From the IMG/VR virus record IMGVR_UViG_3300030099_003764: a stretch of 64,000 bases of DNA. The stretch is one strand, 5' to 3'. Shown here one piece after another: positions 58,708 through 64,000 of this stretch. The notes below the pieces were generated by a model. That model saw nothing but the letters and a program-made list of their open reading frames with translations, ran no database searches and was not told where the DNA came from. The DNA is from an uncultured virus (IMG/VR IMGVR_UViG_3300030099_003764) (taxonomy: Duplodnaviria > Heunggongvirae > Uroviricota > Caudoviricetes). Made by a program: the position numbers and the translations under genes. The number at the start of each line of letters is the position of its first letter. The first letter of the stretch is position 1.

Positions 58708-58813
58708 TGCTATCCACAATCCCCTTGTAGGCCCATTACATTCATTTCGGCGGGCAACTCATACCAATTAAAATTAGAATACCTGAATTGTGTCAATGTG
58801 TAGGCCGGTAAAT

Positions 58814-58876
58814 CGCATGAGAATTAAGCAGAAGAATGAAACCTCGCTTAATTCTCATGCGGTAGCCCTTTTTTTT
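58814..58876 (+). terminator. Long hairpin + T-tract terminator
   Basis: CGCATGAGAATTAAGC/GCTTAATTCTCATGCG 16-bp stem followed by a T-run. Confidence 0.7.
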
Positions 58877-58882
58877 ATTCAA

Positions 58883-58949
58883 GGTTGAGCCAAATGCTAC
58901 GCATTATCCAAAGTGTGTCACAACCATATGGTTTGCTTTGTAACAAACC
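58883..58949. repeat. Double-hairpin cassette boundary element 6 (between convergent units)
   Basis: GGTTG...CAAAGT...CAACC ATAT GGTTTG-CTTTGtaa-CAAACC. Confidence 0.85.
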
Positions 58950-58960
58950 CGATAGCCATT

Positions 58961-59008
58961 AAAAAAAAGGAAAAGGGGGAAAACGCCGTTTTTTCAGCGT
59001 TTTCCCCC
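58961..59008 (-). terminator. Hairpin + T-tract terminator
   Basis: GGGGGAAAACGC...GCGTTTTCCCCC with A-run on +. Confidence 0.7.
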
Positions 59009-59017
59009 GATTTCTAT

Positions 59018-59614
59018 TCATGCACGGTCAAACTCGTACATATCTACTAATTTTGGTGGCTGGATAGGGTGATATGCACCGCTATACTTGATACCTTCAA
59101 TTGTGCCATCCCAAACACCGTTCTTCAGAGAATCGACTAATCTCTTCTCTAATTTGTCACAGTATCTCTTTAGCCATCTATCAAACAATACCGCCTCATC
59201 CCAATCCTGAGTATCAAACTCACTTATGCGCCTACGGTTTATGATAAATGGATTAAATGCCAAATTGTGTAAATTGATATTCGCCCATGTTTCCATTGAT
59301 TCTCTGAATTGTTGAATCATATCATCAATAGTGGCTTTGACATCTGCTGGAATAATAGTATGCCTTCTAGTTACCAAATAATAGAAAGGTGTTGCTTTCA
59401 TTAGGTTTTGTAGAGCAAGCCAATTACATTGGACTTGGTAATCTACTCTTCTCGTCCAATCAGCCATGTCATTCAATGAATCTTGGATAATTGTCATTAG
59501 GGTCAAAACGAGTTCTGCCCTCCAATCCTGTATTTCATCAAATAGCCCTGTTTTGTGAGCATGGGCTAATGCGTCTATCTTTTTCATCAGTGCTTGTGGT
59601 GTTATGTTCTTCAT
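59018..59614 (-). CDS. Divergent paralog family member 3 (cassette 7)
   Basis: C-terminal 'LKNGVWDGT' and 'IPADVKATIDD' segments resemble the family. Confidence 0.6.
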   Translation of the reverse strand: MKNITPQALMKKIDALAHAHKTGLFDEIQDWRAELVLTLMTIIQDSLNDMADWTRRVDYQVQCNWLALQNLMKATPFYYLVTRRHTIIPADVKATIDDMIQQFRESMETWANINLHNLAFNPFIINRRRISEFDTQDWDEAVLFDRWLKRYCDKLEKRLVDSLKNGVWDGTIEGIKYSGAYHPIQPPKLVDMYEFDRA

Positions 59615-59653
59615 AATACTCCCTTAGTAATATGCGAAAAATCGGCATATTAG

Positions 59654-59724
59654 GGTAGTTCAAAGTACACTACCATATGGTAATAAAATATTTATGAAAT
59701 AAATACGCTTTGTGTTTTACTACC
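59654..59724. repeat. Double-hairpin cassette boundary element 7
   Basis: GGTAGT-tCAAAGtac-ACTACC ATAT GGTAATAAAA...CTTTG...TTTTACTACC. Confidence 0.85.
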
Positions 59725-59837
59725 ATAAAAAAATAAGACTACAAAGCGGCACAAACTGAAATCAGATATTGTTATTGGTATTGTTATTTCAGTTTGTACC
59801 GCTTTGGGTGAATATAAGGCTACGGGGGAAATCAGCA

Positions 59838-60326
59838 TCATTCTTCTTCTTCAGCCTCCATGCCGAAGTTTTGTGTGGCTAAACCGGTACGAGTACCGTC
59901 CCACACATTATCTTTCAAACGCCTCTTGAGCGAGTTCACAATAGTAGAAGCCATGTATGCCGAATATTCATCAGCATCACTGAATAGGCCTCCGCCGGAT
60001 TTACCGTGCTTAGTTAGTAACATCGAAATGTTACCAGAAGCAAAAAAATCGGATGCGGCTTGTGAAACTTCATCCGATATTGAATCTAGTACGGCTTGAA
60101 TCTCAGGTGGGAGTTGGGAACCCCTACCTTTCTTAATTGGTGAATTAGGCAAGGTCTTACAAATAGCCCTTACTGCCTCCCAAAATCTTTCTCTTTCTTC
60201 ATCACTTGAAGCAACTTTACCTGCTTCAAGTGTTTGAAGAATCAAATCATTCATAGCACCTGCATCATTTTCCTTTAACCATGATACAATCATAGTTACC
60301 TTTTCATTCCATTTTGTCATATCCAT
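59838..60326 (-). CDS. Paralog family member 4 (cassette 8)
   Basis: Shares the identical 24-aa block RFWEAVRAICKTLPNSPIKKGRGS with 58183-58707. Confidence 0.75.
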   Translation of the reverse strand: MDMTKWNEKVTMIVSWLKENDAGAMNDLILQTLEAGKVASSDEERERFWEAVRAICKTLPNSPIKKGRGSQLPPEIQAVLDSISDEVSQAASDFFASGNISMLLTKHGKSGGGLFSDADEYSAYMASTIVNSLKRRLKDNVWDGTRTGLATQNFGMEAEEEE

Positions 60327-60394
60327 AAGTAATCAACTCCTTGAATAATACTTCATTCCCCCGAAGCAATACTATGATGTCAATTTGCCTATAA

Positions 60395-60635
60395 GGTAGA
60401 CCATTCGTACCTCATTCTCCAAAGTTCGCTTACCATATGGTTGTGTAGTAATTCATCTATATAGATGGGCTTGTATTAAAATACAATGTAAGATTACAAT
60501 ATTAAAAGATAACACTTTAATTGAGTTGAAGGGATTATTTAGATGATTTTTGCTTGTGTTCGATTAAATCTATATATTTTAAATTGATTCTATATAGACC
60601 CATATAGCAGATTATACAACCATATGGCTTTGTCC
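60395..60635. repeat. Boundary elements 8 and 9 enclosing an AT-rich ORF-less unit
   Basis: GGTA...CAAAGT...TACC ATAT GGTTGTGTA (60395-60447) and TATACAACC ATAT GG-CTTTGT-CC (60613-60635); the two cores are inverted relative to each other. Confidence 0.8.
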
Positions 60636-60780
60636 AAATTTTTATTTTAGTGTATTAACATTAAAATGTCTGCTTTTATGTATAAATCATCGAATATCAG
60701 CATTTGAATATTAAAGATTTCGCCATTAGGCCGCCATTATTATGTACTATGGCATACTCGGTTAATACGGGATAAGAATA

Positions 60781-61008
60781 ATGACGGCTGAAACTGTTGA
60801 TGATATACTAAGTAGTATTGTCAGCATTATTGCAGAACTAAGTAAGGATATTAAATCAAATACAGGTAAAAAGAATATACAAACAAGTCAAGATAATAAG
60901 GTTAAATTAAAAGAAATAGCCAAGAAACTTAAATCAATTAAAACTAAATTAATAGAATTATATCAGCCAAAGAAAACAATTCAAACTACATTAGATATTA
61001 ATGAATAA
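60781..61008 (+). CDS. Hypothetical basic protein
   Basis: 75-aa ORF; C-terminal 'QTTLD' could be a PIP-like motif (weak). Confidence 0.5.
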   Translation: MTAETVDDILSSIVSIIAELSKDIKSNTGKKNIQTSQDNKVKLKEIAKKLKSIKTKLIELYQPKKTIQTTLDINE

Positions 61009-61139
61009 TTAAATGTTATATTTTTATCGTGGGAATAATAAAGTTAATAAAAAAAAGTTGACGCTAGTGCCAAAAAAATTCCGCCACAATTTTTGAAAAA
61101 TCGTTTTTATTTTAAGCAATAAACAGGAAAAGGATTATT

Positions 61140-61409
61140 ATGACATGGAAAGATGAGATTAAAAAAAGAAAACTACATATTAGGGGTGGTTTAGCAAAAG
61201 AAGCCAAAATGTTTCTAAAAGATGTTGAATCACATTTAGACAGTATTTTGCCTTCTATTAAACAAGAGTTTGGTAATTATCCTGAATATGATAGAAAGCA
61301 AATAGAAAAGGTCATATTATCCACATTAAAAGAAGATATTGATAATATTAAAAGAAGCCTAAAGTCCGAACAAGTTATTTTGGCTGGCCTTGAAAGGTTT
61401 GGATTATGA
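61140..61409 (+). CDS. M[ST]WxDxxK-tagged small protein
   Basis: Starts MTWKDEIKK. Confidence 0.65.
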   Translation: MTWKDEIKKRKLHIRGGLAKEAKMFLKDVESHLDSILPSIKQEFGNYPEYDRKQIEKVILSTLKEDIDNIKRSLKSEQVILAGLERFGL

Positions 61410-61421
61410 AGGGTGATTATT

Positions 61422-61682
61422 ATGACATGGAAAGATGAGATTAGAAAAGCCAAAAGATATACCGCACAACAGTCTGATTTAGATACTGATGAGGCAGAAG
61501 AAATATTAGATGATTTACAATTATTAATTGAACGAATGGAAAAAAATTATGATGAATTAGTTTCTGTAACATCTTATGTTAAAACAGAAGAAGAACAGTC
61601 TCAGAAAAAAATTACCGAGTTTATTGATAGATTAAAAAACTTTGTTGACTTTTTAGAAAATAACGCCATGAGCGAAATGTGA
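61422..61682 (+). CDS. M[ST]WxDxxK-tagged small protein
   Basis: Starts MTWKDEIRK after a GGTGAT RBS; 29-bp start region identical to that of the previous gene. Confidence 0.65.
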   Translation: MTWKDEIRKAKRYTAQQSDLDTDEAEEILDDLQLLIERMEKNYDELVSVTSYVKTEEEQSQKKITEFIDRLKNFVDFLENNAMSEM

Positions 61683-61797
61683 AGTTGATTAATATGACAA
61701 GATGCACATTACTTGACACTTGGTTTGATGCTAAGTCTAAGGAATTGGATAAGGCAGAAAAAGAGAAGAATAGGGATTTGATTACAGGTGAGAAAAG

Positions 61798-62010
61798 ATG
61801 ACTTGGCAAGATATAATGAAAAAGAAAAAAGGCACACCTTTTCCTAAAAAAATATTTAAGAATAAAAAAGCCTATCATTATGTCAGTCAGAAAAAAGGTA
61901 AAGGTACTTATAGAATAGATAATAGTTATTTACGATACCCCGATAGAGATAAGTCCAAAGATGTAATTAAAGTCTGGAAAGAAGATGCTCTTAGAATGAC
62001 AAGGTGGTAA
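61798..62010 (+). CDS. M[ST]WxDxxK-tagged small basic protein
   Basis: Starts MTWQDIMKK. Confidence 0.65.
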   Translation: MTWQDIMKKKKGTPFPKKIFKNKKAYHYVSQKKGKGTYRIDNSYLRYPDRDKSKDVIKVWKEDALRMTRW

Positions 62011-62011
62011 T

Positions 62012-62338
62012 ATGTCTTGGGAAGATATAATGAAAAAAGACTATGTAAATGTAGATGAAGAACTAGAAGATTTAGAAAATCAAGCAGAAGAGTATCAGCG
62101 ATTAGCACTCGCTCTCGGTCAAATAGCCAAAATCGCAATACAAGGTCATACCTATGCTAACATGCCTGAAGACAAAAGAGAAGTATTTGATAAGGCGATA
62201 GCGGGAATGGAAGAGATGGAAAAACAAGCGGAAAAAGCCAAAAAAGCATATAATGACGCAATAAAAAATATGGCTAAATTATTAGGTACTGAAAATACTG
62301 CTAAAGATGTAAAGGACTTTATTCAGAATAATATGTGA
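62012..62338 (+). CDS. M[ST]WxDxxK-tagged coiled-coil protein
   Basis: Starts MSWEDIMKK. Confidence 0.65.
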   Translation: MSWEDIMKKDYVNVDEELEDLENQAEEYQRLALALGQIAKIAIQGHTYANMPEDKREVFDKAIAGMEEMEKQAEKAKKAYNDAIKNMAKLLGTENTAKDVKDFIQNNM

Positions 62339-62347
62339 GATGATGCT

Positions 62348-62716
62348 ATGACATGGTTTGATGTAGTTAAGATTCTAACTCCAAGACAGTTTCTTGAGTC
62401 TTTAGAGATAGATGGTATCATTAAAGGTAAAGCCGGTAAATACGGTACTAACATGGAATTAGTTAGTGATGATATTGTTATCAAGATTAGACAAGACAAG
62501 TACGGGATGAACAGTGTTAATGTCAATGAAAAGAGGTTTGCATCCCATGACCTAAACAAGATATTAGTAGCGGTAAAGAAGGAATTGAAAGAAGATTCTT
62601 ATACCGATGCTTTACTAAGAGAAGCAGGGGTAGTGGATTCCGGCAAGGCCGGTATCATTAATGTGAGATATTCACCAAAAAAGGAGGATGAAGAAGATGG
62701 CGAAAAAGAAGACTAA
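62348..62716 (+). CDS. M[ST]WxDxxK-tagged protein
   Basis: Starts MTWFDVVK. Confidence 0.65.
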   Translation: MTWFDVVKILTPRQFLESLEIDGIIKGKAGKYGTNMELVSDDIVIKIRQDKYGMNSVNVNEKRFASHDLNKILVAVKKELKEDSYTDALLREAGVVDSGKAGIINVRYSPKKEDEEDGEKED

Positions 62717-63806
62717 GAAGAGTCCTTCGGGGGATGGCTATGGTAATACCATAGAATCAGAACCTTTGACATTTAGAAAAGCATACTTAGAGTGGGAAAA
62801 TAAGTGTAAGGGTATCAGTGCTAAAGAGATACAATCAGAAGGTAGAAAGGGAGTAAGAAGTGTTCCTCCTAATTTATTTGAACAGATTCAAGAGCATGTG
62901 ACGGCGGCATTTAGACGACCCGAATCAAGCAATGATGGTACTAAAGGTGCCTATGTTTTGATAGATGATATAATCAAAGCACTCAAAGATGATAAGTTGT
63001 TTTTGGAAAATGAGAGAGATAATCTTGAAAAGTTTCAGAAGGATATGGGAGTATTCCTCAAGGCTAACAGTAAATTAAATCCAAGTAATATTGAGTTTAA
63101 TAGGCCGGAAACATACGATGTAGTGAACGGCAAAGTAGTCAATGAAAGTGAAGACACAATCACCATTTACGGGCATTATGTTGATAAGTATTTTATAGAT
63201 AAATACCCTAAGAAAAAGTATAAGGTAATGCCAAGTTGGTCGAGTAGAAATAAAAATGAATCTAATCCACCATACAAGCAAGCATTGTTTGGTGGTGGCG
63301 ATTTACTCGGAGAAGGTGAAGGTCTTTTAGATGTAATAGAATTAGCACTAAAAGAGTTAGATGAGAAGGTTATCGAACTTTATACTATTGGAATTAAAAG
63401 AGCATCTGCTTTAGCAAGACTACCTTCGGTTCAATCATGGGTTAGACGCAATATCAAAAAGAAACAATTCTATCCTTCTAATAGTGGTAAAATCAATTTG
63501 CGCCAAATAGGTGAAGCACTACTAACTCAAGAGTTTCCTATCAAGAACGATATAGAACAAAGAATGGTAACTATAGCGGCTACAAATAAAGACATTGAGT
63601 TTGCACAAAAAATAGAGAGATTCAAAGTCGGGCGAATAAGCAATCAAGTTATGGCTACTCTGATTAGAGAAGTTATTTCAAGAGGCAAAGAAGAAAACAT
63701 TAGAGTTAAAAATGGCTACTATCTACAATTAAGGGGATTATCTGACCCTCCTTCTGAAACATGGAAAGAAATCAAAAAGAGTTGGATGCAACATTTATGG
63801 GCGTGA
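62688..63806 (+). CDS. Hypothetical protein
   Basis: 372-aa ORF; C-terminus 'TWKEIKKSWMQHLWA' carries the tag-like motif. Confidence 0.65.
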   Translation: MKKMAKKKTKKSPSGDGYGNTIESEPLTFRKAYLEWENKCKGISAKEIQSEGRKGVRSVPPNLFEQIQEHVTAAFRRPESSNDGTKGAYVLIDDIIKALKDDKLFLENERDNLEKFQKDMGVFLKANSKLNPSNIEFNRPETYDVVNGKVVNESEDTITIYGHYVDKYFIDKYPKKKYKVMPSWSSRNKNESNPPYKQALFGGGDLLGEGEGLLDVIELALKELDEKVIELYTIGIKRASALARLPSVQSWVRRNIKKKQFYPSNSGKINLRQIGEALLTQEFPIKNDIEQRMVTIAATNKDIEFAQKIERFKVGRISNQVMATLIREVISRGKEENIRVKNGYYLQLRGLSDPPSETWKEIKKSWMQHLWA

Positions 63807-63810
63807 TTAA

Positions 63811-64000
63811 ATGAGTTGGGAAGATATAATGAAAGATAATAAAATGTTAAAGTCACTTATAGATAAGTATGAGAAAAAGATGGATTTAGAGAAACCAATA
63901 CAGTATCTTAATGAAAACATATTTGAAGCCTATCAACAGTTTCAAGGGGATTTACCAGACGAAATCCTAAATGAAAAGGAATTGATTGGCTTATTTAGAG
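63811..64000 (+). CDS. M[ST]WxDxxK-tagged protein (3' truncated by window)
   Basis: Starts MSWEDIMKD; open to the end of the window. Confidence 0.6.
   Translation, partial: MSWEDIMKDNKMLKSLIDKYEKKMDLEKPIQYLNENIFEAYQQFQGDLPDEILNEKELIGLFR

Noticed and set aside
55058..60635. CRISPR array interpretation of the CCATATGG repeats
   Set aside because: Intervals are ~190-920 bp and contain whole genes; the repeats vary in length and sequence; no cas operon (the Cas4-like gene is a stand-alone replication-module nuclease).
1..64000. Alternative genetic code, integrase/prophage boundaries, diversity-generating retroelement
   Set aside because: Long genes read through in the standard code using all three stops; no integrase, reverse transcriptase or TR/VR pair recognised in this window.

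Overview
A 64-kb segment of a tailed dsDNA virus of archaea, most consistent with a Marine Group II (Poseidoniales) 'magrovirus'-type siphovirus. The host assignment is inference from a TFB homolog, RFC/PCNA/RPA-like, AEP primase, ERCC4 and ATP-ligase genes, TATA-like promoters and GGTGA ribosome-binding sites. Layout: (1) 1-17.9 kb, + strand tail morphogenesis module (tail tube, frameshifting tail chaperone, tape measure, baseplate/fibre proteins). (2) 18.0-54.4 kb, - strand replication/metabolism module: helicases, primase, split PolB, clamp and loader, RPA, ligase, GroEL/GroES, class II RNR, TFB, two histone-fold candidates, and a dispersed ubiquitin-like set (Ubl-GG, E1/ThiF, JAB, possible E2). 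(3) 54.4-60.7 kb, an accessory region with an origin-like non-coding stretch followed by an array of about 9 units, most with their own promoter and terminator, in mixed orientation. Each is delimited by a structure-conserved double-hairpin element (stem-CAAAG loop-stem-CC ATAT GG-stem-CTTTG loop-stem). One unit appears to hold a ~440-nt structured RNA and three hold members of one paralog family. (4) 60.8-64 kb, + strand small genes sharing an N-terminal M[ST]WxD[IV]xK tag. The strongest novelty candidates are the hairpin-delimited cassette array and the virus-encoded ubiquitin-like pathway. All functional calls are from motif reading by eye; no searches were run.
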